Shown: positions 28,557-38,004, numbered from the stretch's first letter. The stretch: 64,000 nt of DNA from Candidatus Bathyarchaeota archaeon (GCA_018396775.1 JAGTRF010000006.1:17368-81367); one strand, 5' to 3'. Notes: generated from the sequence alone by a model not told the origin. A program made the numbers and translations.

Positions 28557-29476
28557 ATTTTAAACAGGAAGTTTTAAAAGTTTTTAATAAAGTTATTAAG
28601 GATTATTATGCTGATGCTCTCCTTCTCTCCGGGGGATTAGATACATCAATAATAGCATATTCAGCAACCCAATATTTTAAACCATATGCAATAACAGTTG
28701 CCTTTACTAATAAAGCTCCAGATTTAAAATATGCAAGAATTATTGCAAACCATCTTAAACTTCAAAATTTTATTAAAGTTTTTAACCTTAAAGAAGCTGT
28801 TAAAGCAGCTGCACAAGTGATTAAAATTGTTAAAAGCTTTGACCCTATGGAAGTTAGAAACGATATACCATTATATATGGCTTTAAAACATGCAAAAAAA
28901 TATGGATTAAAATCAGTAATTACTGGGGATGGAGGTGATGAACTTTTTGCAGGCTACCCTTTTCTTTTTAAACTTAAATCATATGAAGTTGATAAATGGA
29001 TAAAAAATGTTATAAACCATTGGTTTTTCGCAGCTAAACCTATAGGAGAAAACCTAAAAATAAAGGTTTTACAACCATTTCTAGATGAAAGAATAATTAA
29101 GCTTGCATTAAAGATTCCAAGCAAGCTTAAAATAACAAAAAGAAAAGGCGTAACCTATGGAAAGTATATTTTACGCAAAGCTTTTGAAAACCTTTTACCT
29201 GCAGAGATAATTTGGAGAGATAAAAATCCAATAGAAGTAGGAAGCGAAAGTATAAAGTTAAGTGAAATATTTCAAGCTACTCAAGAAGAATTTAATGAGC
29301 TTTCAAAAATAGTGAAGTTAAACAGTTTAGAGCAAGCTTATTATTTTAAGATATACTTAAAAGAGGTGGGTGAAATACCTAAACCTAAAAATAGAGAAAA
29401 ACAATGCTTGAAATGTGGGGGAGGAGTACCAGTTAACAGGAATTACTGTAAAATTTGTGGGGCATACCCTATTTAA
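28553..29476 (+). CDS. Asparagine-synthase-domain (AsnB-like) PP-loop ATPase lacking glutaminase domain, with C-terminal Zn-ribbon
   Basis: PP-loop LLSGGLDTS. Carries the AsnB C-domain only (307 aa). C-terminal CLKCGG...CKICG. Overlaps the upstream gene by 4 nt. Confidence 0.55.
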   Translation: MNFKQEVLKVFNKVIKDYYADALLLSGGLDTSIIAYSATQYFKPYAITVAFTNKAPDLKYARIIANHLKLQNFIKVFNLKEAVKAAAQVIKIVKSFDPMEVRNDIPLYMALKHAKKYGLKSVITGDGGDELFAGYPFLFKLKSYEVDKWIKNVINHWFFAAKPIGENLKIKVLQPFLDERIIKLALKIPSKLKITKRKGVTYGKYILRKAFENLLPAEIIWRDKNPIEVGSESIKLSEIFQATQEEFNELSKIVKLNSLEQAYYFKIYLKEVGEIPKPKNREKQCLKCGGGVPVNRNYCKICGAYPI

Positions 29477-29491
29477 AAAGCCTATAAAAAA

Positions 29492-29869
29492 TTATTTTTT
29501 CTCCTTTAATGAAAGAATTGCTTGCGCTAAATCTCCTCCAGATGTTTCTAAAGCTTTTCTAGCTTCTTCTAAGCTTACACCAGCTTGTTCAGCTACAAGC
29601 TTTACATCCTCTTCTAAAACTGTTTCTTTTTGTTCCTCCAGTTTTTCTTCTTCCTCTTTTATTTCTCCCCCAGTAATTTGATACATGATTTGCCCTTGAA
29701 GCTTAATAGCAGCAACCTTAGGGTTTTCTATAATAATTTTTCTTGGTCCCATTTTAATTTCAACTTTTTCAACATTATTTAACTCTTCTACTCCCACACC
29801 CATTTTCTGCATTAACCTTAATGCTTCTCTACCGCTTAACCCTTTTATACCAGCGAATCTTTTACTCAT
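29492..29869 (-). CDS. nac: Nascent polypeptide-associated complex protein (archaeal alpha-NAC)
   Basis: NAC domain (KKMGVGVEELNNVEKVEI...IIIENPKV) with a C-terminal UBA-like tail (SLEEARKALETSGGDLAQAI). Confidence 0.75.
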   Translation of the reverse strand: MSKRFAGIKGLSGREALRLMQKMGVGVEELNNVEKVEIKMGPRKIIIENPKVAAIKLQGQIMYQITGGEIKEEEEKLEEQKETVLEEDVKLVAEQAGVSLEEARKALETSGGDLAQAILSLKEKK

Positions 29870-29998
29870 TTTAAAAACCTCAAGAAAACTGTTTTTAAAA
29901 TGAAATAATTAAACAAGGCATTAATTATTAATGCTTTTAAATAGTTTATAAAGGCTTCGATTGATGACATGCCCTTAAACATTTAAAAAAATAATGTT

Positions 29999-31288
29999 TT
30001 AAGCTAAAATTTTCCCCCAGTATTTTGCTGAGTTTCCTAAATATTCTTCAATTCTTAAAAGTTGATTGTATTTTGCGGTTCTTTCCCCTCTAGCTGGAGC
30101 TCCAGTTTTAATTTCTTGAGCTTTTATTCCAACAGCTATATCAGCAATTGTTGAGTCTTCAGTTTCTCCAGATCTATGGCTTACAATTACTTTAAATCCA
30201 TTTCTAAAGGCTAGTTCAGCTGCTTCAATAGCTTCAGTAAGCGTTCCTATTTGATTTACTTTCATAAGCAGAGCGTTAGCTGCGCCTATGCTTATTCCTT
30301 TATTTAATCTTTCTATATTTGTAACGAATAAGTCATCTCCAACTATTTGAGTGTTTTTTCCAACTTCTTTTGTTAATTGAGCGAAGCTTTCAAAATCTTC
30401 TTCTTGAAACGGATCCTCTATAGAGAATACTTTATAATTTTTTATTAATCCTTTATAGAATTCTAGCATTTCTTCAGGCGTTAACGCTTTATTATCAATA
30501 CTGTATTTTCCATTTTTTTCATCGTAAAAATTGCTGGCAGCAGCATCAACGCCTAACCAAACATCTTTATTTAATTTAAGCCCGCTTTCCTCTATCGCTT
30601 TTATAATAGCTTCTAAAGCTTCATTTGTTTTATCCATTGGAGGCGCAAACCCCCCTTCATCTCCAACATTAATTGCTGAAGCCCCATATTTGTTTTTTAA
30701 AATGTTTTTTAAGGTATGATAAACTTCAACTCCCATTCTTAAAGCTTCTTTAAAAGAATCTGCGTTTACAGGTAGAATTAAAAATTCTTGAATTTTCAAT
30801 TTGTTTCCAGCATGCTTTCCACCATTTATAATGTTCATCATTGGAATAGGTAAAGCTACAGATGTTACTCCACCTAAATATTCATGCAAAGCAACTCCTT
30901 CAGCATTAGCCGCAGCTTTAGCGTTAGCTAAAGAAACACTTAAAATAGCATTAGCGCCAAGAGCGCTTTTATTTTTAGTTCCATCAAGCTTAATCATTTC
31001 CTCATCAATTTCTCTTTGCTTTCTACAATCCATTCCAATTAAAGCTTCAGAAATTTTTGTTTTCACATTTAATACAGCTTTAGAAACACCCTTGCCAAAA
31101 AATCTAGATTCATCTAAATCTCTCAGCTCTAAAGCTTCATATATTCCTGTTGAAGCGCCTGAAGGAACAGAAGCTCTACCTATAAAACCTCCTTCAGTAA
31201 TTACTTCAGCTTCTATAGTTGGGTTTCCTCTAGAGTCTAAGATTTCTCTAGCATCAACCTTTTTAATTAAATATTTTTTATCTTTCAT
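29999..31288 (-). CDS. eno: Enolase
   Basis: Enolase signature SHRSGETEDSTIADIAV and metal-binding regions; 429 aa. Confidence 0.9.
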   Translation of the reverse strand: MKDKKYLIKKVDAREILDSRGNPTIEAEVITEGGFIGRASVPSGASTGIYEALELRDLDESRFFGKGVSKAVLNVKTKISEALIGMDCRKQREIDEEMIKLDGTKNKSALGANAILSVSLANAKAAANAEGVALHEYLGGVTSVALPIPMMNIINGGKHAGNKLKIQEFLILPVNADSFKEALRMGVEVYHTLKNILKNKYGASAINVGDEGGFAPPMDKTNEALEAIIKAIEESGLKLNKDVWLGVDAAASNFYDEKNGKYSIDNKALTPEEMLEFYKGLIKNYKVFSIEDPFQEEDFESFAQLTKEVGKNTQIVGDDLFVTNIERLNKGISIGAANALLMKVNQIGTLTEAIEAAELAFRNGFKVIVSHRSGETEDSTIADIAVGIKAQEIKTGAPARGERTAKYNQLLRIEEYLGNSAKYWGKILA

Positions 31289-31453
31289 AAAACCTCTCCC
31301 TCTAAACTCAGCCTAAAAACAAATTTAAATCTTTCATTAAAACAAAAATTTTAAATAAATTTATGCAACTGCTTATTTAAGTAGATTCTGAATGGTTAAA
31401 GAAATTAATAATTAATAATAAAAAAGTTTTGTTTGCGAGAAATACGGTTTAAA

Positions 31454-31642
31454 CTATTTAGATGCAAGTTTAGCTAAGAAATGCAAATATTCTAAATTTA
31501 CGTGAGCATTAACTTCATCCACATAAGCTTTCAACTCCTGATTTTTAAGTTCAACTTTAGTTTCAAAACCAGCGGTCATAACGAATTGAGCGATTAGATT
31601 TACGCATGCTCTTATTACTTCATCTTTCTTGTAAGCCTTCAT
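31454..31642 (-). CDS. Small hypothetical protein (62 aa), translationally coupled to upstream basic ORF
   Basis: ATG start overlapping the upstream stop (ATGA). Non-repetitive composition. Confidence 0.3.
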   Translation of the reverse strand: MKAYKKDEVIRACVNLIAQFVMTAGFETKVELKNQELKAYVDEVNAHVNLEYLHFLAKLASK

Positions 31643-31857
31643 GAATTTATCATAAACGCCTCTGTAAGGCTCATATTTTGAGATTGAGGCTGAAAACGTG
31701 AAAACTGCCGCCGCCTCTTTTTGCGCTTTAAGCCCCTCTTTTCTAGGCTTTGTCTTTTTTCTTCCAGCTCCAAGTCTTTTACCACCTCAGTTCGCGTTAT
31801 AAGTTTTATCTTTCGCCTTCTTTTTCCCCCACCATCTTGAAAACCTTTAAAAATCAA
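31639..31857 (-). CDS. Small highly basic hypothetical ORF (start uncertain, TTG within repeat array)
   Basis: KRRRK/KRKKRRR-rich 72-aa frame with no ATG start. Its stop overlaps the next ORF's ATG as ATGA. Confidence 0.25.
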   Translation of the reverse strand: MIFKGFQDGGGKRRRKIKLITRTEVVKDLELEEKRQSLEKRGLKRKKRRRQFSRFQPQSQNMSLTEAFMINS

Positions 31858-31916
31858 GATGAAATCAAGATGGAATCAAGATGTGAATTCAAAAAATCAA
31901 GATAAAATCAAGATGA
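31851..31916. repeat. Tandem 11-bp repeat array (consensus AAATCAAGATG, ~6 units, one degenerate)
   Basis: Directly visible: aaatcaagatg aaatcaagatg gaatcaagatg tgaattcaaaa aatcaagataa aatcaagatga. Confidence 0.8.
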
Positions 31917-31934
31917 AGCAAGGCTTTTACGAAA

Positions 31935-31952
31935 GGGGGCCCCCCTCCCCCC
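31935..31952. other. G5-C6-T-C6 homopolymeric G/C tract in AT-rich context
   Basis: Sequence gggggcccccctcccccc at 31935-31952; no comparable tract elsewhere in the window. Confidence 0.8.
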
Positions 31953-32547
31953 TTGAAAATTGTCTTATATGTTAAAATGAAAATGTAATTGGCTCAGCTG
32001 AATCTCTTTTTTAAGCTTCAACCTTTCAGCGCCATAAGCAGCTAAAGCTAAGGACCCAAAGCCTATCATCACGTGTGCCTTCAGGGTGGCTGAATTGGAT
32101 ATGCCCACTTTTTGTTAATTCAAAACGCTTCGTATTAGGCTCTGCAATTAACTCGCTATCGTATAGAATCGCTAAATGTTTATCCTCCATGATTGCTTTC
32201 AAATTCCCCAAGGTTTCTTCTTTCATTTCCATTGTTAAAAGTTACTACCTCTACTTTGCTTATTAGATAATAGTGAAGCAACGCCATCGAATAGTTAACA
32301 GTAAATTTTATGCTTGGAAATAAGTTTTAATAAATGTTTTAAAAGATATTGTTTTTCACCTAAATAACCAGAAAACAATAAACAAAATTTATAACCACTA
32401 ACAACAACCATAAAACTATGAAAACATCATGTTTTCACAAAGTAAATTGCTTTAAACACAGCGCTTGCTCCTTAGAAATAATTAAAAACACTGTTTATTT
32501 TCCAAAGGCTTATCATATAGCAAATATATAGCAAAGTGAATTAAATA

Positions 32548-33225
32548 TTGCATAAATGCGAGTTAATTAAATTCAATTTAATTAAAACTTTATTTTTAGC
32601 TGCTTCTGCGTTAATATTTCTGTTTTCAATGAATATTTTAGAAAAATTTATTTTAAAATCCTTTAGTATTAAAGGAAGCTTATGGGTTAACCTGTTTGAT
32701 GAAAAAATTTTCTTTTGGATTATTAATAGCAATTCAAGATCGCTAGATATTTTAATGCTAACTATTACTTATATAGGTTCAACAATATCATGGTTTATAG
32801 TTGGGATTTTGCTTTGGTTTTTAAGAAAGAGAAAAGAAGCTTTCCTGTTGGTTTTCGCTTTGTTAATAGGTGGTGTTTTAACCTTTTTTATGAAAATCGC
32901 GTTTCATAGAATTAGACCATCTCAAATTATTATTGAAGCTAAAGTTTTAGATGAAGAAGGCTTTAGTTTTCCAAGCGGGCATTCAGTAAACTCTTTTTCT
33001 TCAGCAATAATTCTTGAAAGAAAAATTAAGAAAATATCTTTTTTCATTTATGTTTTAGCATTTTTAATAGGTTACAGTAGAGTTTATATAGGTGCGCATT
33101 GGCCTTCAGATGTGATTTTTGGTAGCTTCATAGGGTTAACAATAGGCTCCTTAACTTTAAAACTTGAAGAGAAAATTTTAAGTTTTTTTATAAAATCTGG
33201 GAAAGCGATAGATAAATCCCCATAG
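32548..33225 (+). CDS. PAP2-family membrane phosphatase (phosphatidic acid / polyprenyl-diphosphate phosphatase type)
   Basis: PAP2 motifs KxxxxxxRP (KIAFHRIRP), PSGHS and SRVYIGAHWPSDV. Confidence 0.75.
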   Translation: MHKCELIKFNLIKTLFLAASALIFLFSMNILEKFILKSFSIKGSLWVNLFDEKIFFWIINSNSRSLDILMLTITYIGSTISWFIVGILLWFLRKRKEAFLLVFALLIGGVLTFFMKIAFHRIRPSQIIIEAKVLDEEGFSFPSGHSVNSFSSAIILERKIKKISFFIYVLAFLIGYSRVYIGAHWPSDVIFGSFIGLTIGSLTLKLEEKILSFFIKSGKAIDKSP

Positions 33226-33769
33226 CTAAACCGCTAACTAAAGGAATAGATAAATTATCTTCTATAGATTTATTGCAGCTTTCCATTAAAGCTCCTGCAA
33301 AAGCCCCGATTAAAGCCACTTCTAAAGGTGAAAATAAGCTGGCTGCAAGGAAAGCGATTGAAAAACCTATTAAGCTTCCCTCGATAGTTTTATTTTTATT
33401 ATATGGTATAGGGGTTTTACCAAGCGTTGAACCGCTTAACCCGGCTAAACTATCGCCAACAGTTAAAATTGCAATCGCTGAATTTCCAATGCTGCTTGGA
33501 AATAAAATAAGCGATAAAACTATTCCAATAGCATAGTAAATAGGTTTAATAATAAAGCTTTTCTTTTCCTCATCTCTAGCAGCTTTAATTGTTAATTTAA
33601 TTAAAAGAGAACTCTTTTTCTTTAACCTTAAAAATTCAGAAAAAGCATAAGCAATAGATATAATTGCGATTAATGTTAATGTGAAAAACAATCCAAAATA
33701 CATTCTTAAAAAAATTATTGAAAAACCTGATAAATGAATTATTGATCTAAAAAAATTTGTTTTCCTCAA
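33188..33769 (-). CDS. CTP-dependent polyprenol/dolichol kinase family membrane protein (SEC59/DGK1-like)
   Basis: Membrane protein with a KNKTIEGSLIGF-type conserved C-terminal region typical of this cytidylyltransferase-like kinase family. Confidence 0.45.
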   Translation of the reverse strand: MRKTNFFRSIIHLSGFSIIFLRMYFGLFFTLTLIAIISIAYAFSEFLRLKKKSSLLIKLTIKAARDEEKKSFIIKPIYYAIGIVLSLILFPSSIGNSAIAILTVGDSLAGLSGSTLGKTPIPYNKNKTIEGSLIGFSIAFLAASLFSPLEVALIGAFAGALMESCNKSIEDNLSIPLVSGLAMGIYLSLSQIL

Positions 33770-33790
33770 TTAAACACACCTATATAAGTG

Positions 33791-34603
33791 TTAAAATACT
33801 TCCAGTAATAATCGTATGGCAAGCGTTAAAAGCGCTAATCCAAGAAGCTTTTTAATAAATGTTCCTTCAATTTTTTGAGAGATTAAAGCTCCAAATTGAG
33901 CCCCTATTATTGTTCCAACACCCATAAATATAGCAAAGTTAAATTTAACATTACTTAATGAAATATGAGTTAAAGCTCCTGTAATAGATGTGAAAATTGA
34001 AATGAAAAGAGATGTCGCGGTAGCTATATGCACTGGAAAACCTAATAGAAGAATCATTGCTGGAACATGAATTATTCCTCCACCAACACCAAAAATGCTT
34101 GAAATAAAACCTATAAAAAAGTTTATTAATAATCCTTTAGTTAAACTAATTGAGTATTCATAAACATTCCCATTATAATCTATTATCCGCCTATAAACGC
34201 TTCCAGTTTTCTTTAAGTTGCAATACTTTTCTTTTACAGGTTTGCTGATAATTAATTTAAAAGATGCTAAAATAAGAATTAATGAGAAAACGCCTTTAAA
34301 TAAATTTGAACTAAAAAAATTAACTATATAAGCGCCTAGAATTGCACCTGGAATTGTTAACAACGCGAAGAATACACCTATTTTAAAGTCAACTCGTCTT
34401 TGCCTTATATAAGCAAAAGAACCTGATAAAGCATTTAAAAAAACAATAGTTAAGCTTGTTCCAACAGCAAATTTAGGTTCAAAACCATAAATTAAAATTA
34501 ATAAAGGAACTATAATGAAGCCGCCTCCAATTCCAATTAAAGTTCCGAAGCATCCAACTATAACACCAAGAATAGTTAAAAAAAATAGGGAAATTAACTC
34601 CAT
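33791..34603 (-). CDS. TSUP/TauE-SafE family anion exporter
   Basis: Two internal repeats with GIGGG/GVGGG motifs (LIGIGGGFIIVP, FGVGGGIIHVP); ~270 aa. Confidence 0.7.
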   Translation of the reverse strand: MELISLFFLTILGVIVGCFGTLIGIGGGFIIVPLLILIYGFEPKFAVGTSLTIVFLNALSGSFAYIRQRRVDFKIGVFFALLTIPGAILGAYIVNFFSSNLFKGVFSLILILASFKLIISKPVKEKYCNLKKTGSVYRRIIDYNGNVYEYSISLTKGLLINFFIGFISSIFGVGGGIIHVPAMILLLGFPVHIATATSLFISIFTSITGALTHISLSNVKFNFAIFMGVGTIIGAQFGALISQKIEGTFIKKLLGLALLTLAIRLLLEVF

Positions 34604-34863
34604 AATAAATTACCTTCATCAACATTATTAATTAAAAGTTATTAAAAGTTCACGTTGCTTATATTAATTATTATTAATCACGTTTAAAGAAGCATTCATT
34701 AACGAAGGAAAACTTTTTGTAAAATTTTTAGATCATCTGAAACTAAAGCAGCGATTTAGATGCAATTTTTGATGAGGACAAATGAGCTTATGTTGAAAAG
34801 AATTTATAAAAGAAAAATTTTAAAACAAACTTTTAATGTAAAAATTAAAAATAAAAGGAAATT

Positions 34864-36201
34864 TTATTTTGAAATTTCTTCTAATGTTTTTCGTTTGGTT
34901 TCTATTCCTAGTAAAGCGGTTATTAAAGCAGCTATAAAATGAACTGAAGCAAATACTATAAAGGCTGAAGATAAACCCCAAGCAGCCCATATATAACCAG
35001 TTATTGTTGGAGCAGCTATTCCAGCTAAACGACCTATGCTAGCTGCAGCTCCAGATCCTGTTCCTCTAATTCTAGTTGGATAAAGCTCAGGTGTATAGGC
35101 GTATAATCCAGACCATGCTCCTAAATTAAAGAATGAAACAACAGCGCTCCATATTAAAATGCTGGTTAAACCTTTAGCAATAGCAAACATATAGCTTCCA
35201 AACCCAGCTAAAGCTAAATACCCTATAAGCACAGGTTTTCGTCCAGAAGGATCTAAAAGAAATGTAGCTGAATAATAACCTGGAACCTGCATTAAAGTTA
35301 TAATTAAATACCAGTAAAGTGGACCTATTAATTCTTTAGCTCGCATAACTTCAACATAAATTGATGGAAGCCAAAGGAAGATTCCATGATAAGTATAAAC
35401 TAAAACAGCCCATATAACCCATAAAACTAAAGTTCTCCGCCTATAATCTTTAGACCATAATTCCTTTAAAGCATTTTTTAAAGAATATTTTTGGTAAACA
35501 GTTTTTTTAACAGCTTCTATAGATTTCTGAATTAAACCAGCTTTTTTAAGCATATTTAAAGCTTCTTCTATTCTCCCTTTAAATTCAAGATATCTAATAG
35601 ATTCTGGAAGAACCCATATAACTAATGGAATAAGAATTAATGGGATGAAAGCTACTAGAAAAGTTAACCTCCAACCGTAAGCAGGAATTAAAAAGTATGG
35701 GAATATAGCTGCTAATAAAGCGCCGTAAACCCAAGATGTTTCAGTTAAACCAAGAAATTTCCCTCTTCGAGATGCAGGTGTATATTCTGAAATATAAACA
35801 CCTGGTTGAGGAAGCGATCCGCCAAGCCCTATTCCAGCTAAAAACCTAAGGAACCCCATTGAAAAAACATCCCAAGCTGCAGCGCAAAACCCTGTAAAAA
35901 TAGATGCCATTAATATAGTTAATAAAAGAGCTTTTTTTCGTCCAATTAAATCAGCTATTATTCCGCAGCTTAAAGCTCCAACAAACATTCCAGCGTAACC
36001 TGTGCTTAACAATAATCCAGCTACAATCTTATTTAAATGCCATTCAGCTGTTATAGCTGGTAAAGTAGCGCTTATAAGCATAACATTCATAGCTGTAAAA
36101 CCATAGATTAAGCAGCATATAGTTAATAAAGAATAATGAAATTTAGATAAAGGCGCTTTCTCAAGAATATTGATTAAGCTTTCTTCACCCAAAAATTTCA
36201 C
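34864..36201 (-). CDS. MFS transporter (sugar/metabolite:H+ symporter type)
   Basis: 12-TM pattern with GRKK loop motifs (DLIGRKK) between TM2 and TM3; 445 aa. Confidence 0.7.
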   Translation of the reverse strand: MKFLGEESLINILEKAPLSKFHYSLLTICCLIYGFTAMNVMLISATLPAITAEWHLNKIVAGLLLSTGYAGMFVGALSCGIIADLIGRKKALLLTILMASIFTGFCAAAWDVFSMGFLRFLAGIGLGGSLPQPGVYISEYTPASRRGKFLGLTETSWVYGALLAAIFPYFLIPAYGWRLTFLVAFIPLILIPLVIWVLPESIRYLEFKGRIEEALNMLKKAGLIQKSIEAVKKTVYQKYSLKNALKELWSKDYRRRTLVLWVIWAVLVYTYHGIFLWLPSIYVEVMRAKELIGPLYWYLIITLMQVPGYYSATFLLDPSGRKPVLIGYLALAGFGSYMFAIAKGLTSILIWSAVVSFFNLGAWSGLYAYTPELYPTRIRGTGSGAAASIGRLAGIAAPTITGYIWAAWGLSSAFIVFASVHFIAALITALLGIETKRKTLEEISK

Positions 36202-36259
36202 CCTTTCCTTATTTAAATTGCGAAACTTTTATTTTCGCCTTTTTAAGTTATCTATTTTA

Positions 36260-36841
36260 ATGCCATTAAATAGCTATTTTAATTTTTCGGTTAAAAGAAA
36301 GCTTAAAGTCATTCGCAAGTATAATTGCGAAGCTGAAGTTTATGATGAACTCCATTTTGAAGAACAGTTTAAAAAATACTCATTAATGAAGGGTTTTGTA
36401 GCTTTAAGGGAAAGCGATGTTTGCTTAGATTGCGGCTGCGGCACAGGCTTGCTTATAACTCAATTGCTTAATAAACCAAAGCTTATAGTAGGCGTGGATT
36501 TTTCAATTGGAATGCTTAAAAAAGCAAAAGAGAAATTTAAGGGTGAAAGCAAAGTAGAGCTTGTGCTTGCAGATGTAAACTTTTTACCATTTATAAATGA
36601 GGTTTTCGATAATGTTTTCTCTTTCACAGTTATTGAAGGAAAAATTAATGGAGTTAAAGCTTTAAAAGAGATTCATCGCGTAGCTAAACGCGACAGCCTA
36701 GTGATTTTAAGCATTCTTAAAGAAGCGTTAAACATAAGCAAGCTTAAAGCTACGATTAAAGAAAACAAATTTAAAATTGTTAATGAAGCTTTAACAAATT
36801 TATCTTCAAAAGATTATTTGTTTATATTGCAAAAAACGTGA
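36260..36841 (+). CDS. Class I SAM-dependent methyltransferase
   Basis: Motif I LDCGCGTGLL and motif post-I DFS. Start set at the internal ATG to avoid overlap with the convergent MFS gene. Confidence 0.6.
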   Translation: MPLNSYFNFSVKRKLKVIRKYNCEAEVYDELHFEEQFKKYSLMKGFVALRESDVCLDCGCGTGLLITQLLNKPKLIVGVDFSIGMLKKAKEKFKGESKVELVLADVNFLPFINEVFDNVFSFTVIEGKINGVKALKEIHRVAKRDSLVILSILKEALNISKLKATIKENKFKIVNEALTNLSSKDYLFILQKT

Positions 36842-38004
36842 TGCTTATGGTTAAGGTTAAAGCTGCAACAGGGCTTTACGTAAATTGGGATTCATTTGTG
36901 AAAGTTGATGATGAAGTTTTAAATTGGATAAAAAGCTTTGAAGCTTTAAAACCTTCATCCCAAATTTTAAATCAATTAGAGGAAGCGGTTTATACGCTTA
37001 AAAAAGCTTTAGAAGAAGGGGGAAAAGAATATTTAATTTCAAAAAACCTTTATGACGCTTTAAATGCTAAATTTAAATTTAGAGTTAAAAGAGTTGGTGG
37101 AAACAGTTATCACATGGGTAAAGCGCTTTACACGCTTGGTGTTCCAACGCTGGTTTCTTATCCTTGCAGACCAAAAAATTTAATGTTAGCTTCACCAAAT
37201 TTTCTAGTAGCTTGCGGGGAAAAGCTTAGGTTTCCAAAGGAAGCTATTAGAGAAAGCGATCCTGAATTCGAGCATATAGTATTCGAGTTTCATGAAGATT
37301 ATGCTAAAGGAATAAAATTTTTTGGAAGACATATTTTTTCTTGGGATGAAATGTCAAGCAAAGGTTTACTTGATTATGATTTTTTAAGGTATCTTCCTAA
37401 AGCGTATTCTATTGAAGTTTTAATTTTAGGTTTTGCTCATTTGCTTTTACCTGAACATAAAAAAAAGGTTGATGAGGTGATTGAGTTGCTGGATTACAAG
37501 CATAAACCTAAGCTTCATTTAGAATTAGGCGAAGGCTCTAGAGAATCTGTAAGCTATGCGATAAAAAAGTTTGTTGAAGCGGGAATCTGCAATTCTATAG
37601 GAATGAATGAAAAAGAATGCCAAGTTTATTTGCATGCGGAATCAACTGAAATTAAAGATTTAATAAAAGCTTCAATAAATGCTGTTGAAAACTATGATTT
37701 AGAAAGAATATGCGTTCACTCAAATTTTTTCGCTTTCTCAATCTCAAAATACGATAAGAAAGTTGAGCTTGAAGCTTTAAGAAAAGCTTGCTTAATTTCA
37801 GCAGCGTTTACATTCAAAAACTTTGATATTAAAAAAGCTGAAGCTTTACCCCCCTCTAAAGTTAAAAGCTTAAAAGCTGAAGTTGATGGATATAATTTAG
37901 TTTTAACTCCAACCTTAATTAATTCTAAAGCTGAAGTTTTAACAGGGTTAGGCGATGTTTTCGCTGCTGTGCAAGCTTTTAAAGCTTTAAAGAAAAGTAA
38001 ATGA
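36838..38004 (+). CDS. ADP-dependent sugar kinase family protein (ADP-GK/ADP-PFK-like, ribokinase superfamily)
   Basis: C-terminal GLGDVFAAVQAF resembles the GxGD anion-hole motif of ADP-dependent kinases. Overall length is shorter than canonical ADP-GK/ADP-PFK, so the assignment is tentative. Confidence 0.4.
   Translation: MMLMVKVKAATGLYVNWDSFVKVDDEVLNWIKSFEALKPSSQILNQLEEAVYTLKKALEEGGKEYLISKNLYDALNAKFKFRVKRVGGNSYHMGKALYTLGVPTLVSYPCRPKNLMLASPNFLVACGEKLRFPKEAIRESDPEFEHIVFEFHEDYAKGIKFFGRHIFSWDEMSSKGLLDYDFLRYLPKAYSIEVLILGFAHLLLPEHKKKVDEVIELLDYKHKPKLHLELGEGSRESVSYAIKKFVEAGICNSIGMNEKECQVYLHAESTEIKDLIKASINAVENYDLERICVHSNFFAFSISKYDKKVELEALRKACLISAAFTFKNFDIKKAEALPPSKVKSLKAEVDGYNLVLTPTLINSKAEVLTGLGDVFAAVQAFKALKKSK

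Noticed and set aside
29415-29681. 88-aa plus-strand ORF overlapping the 3' end of the AsnB-like gene and NAC
   Set aside because: Low-complexity Ser/Phe-rich translation, entirely antisense to the well-supported NAC gene; judged a shadow ORF.
31851-31916. Possible CRISPR array
   Set aside because: Repeat unit is only 11 bp, with no spacers of 25-40 bp; this is a tandem microrepeat, not a CRISPR.
32026-32232. 68-aa minus-strand ORF (…HPEGTRDDRLWVLSF…) as a real gene
   Set aside because: No start context and no recognisable motif; it sits inside the low-coding island and may be a gene fragment. Insufficient evidence to call.
36170-36259. Upstream extension of the methyltransferase ORF
   Set aside because: The extension overlaps the 5' end of the convergent/divergent MFS gene and encodes no conserved residues. 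The internal ATG at 36260 gives a typical methyltransferase N-terminus.
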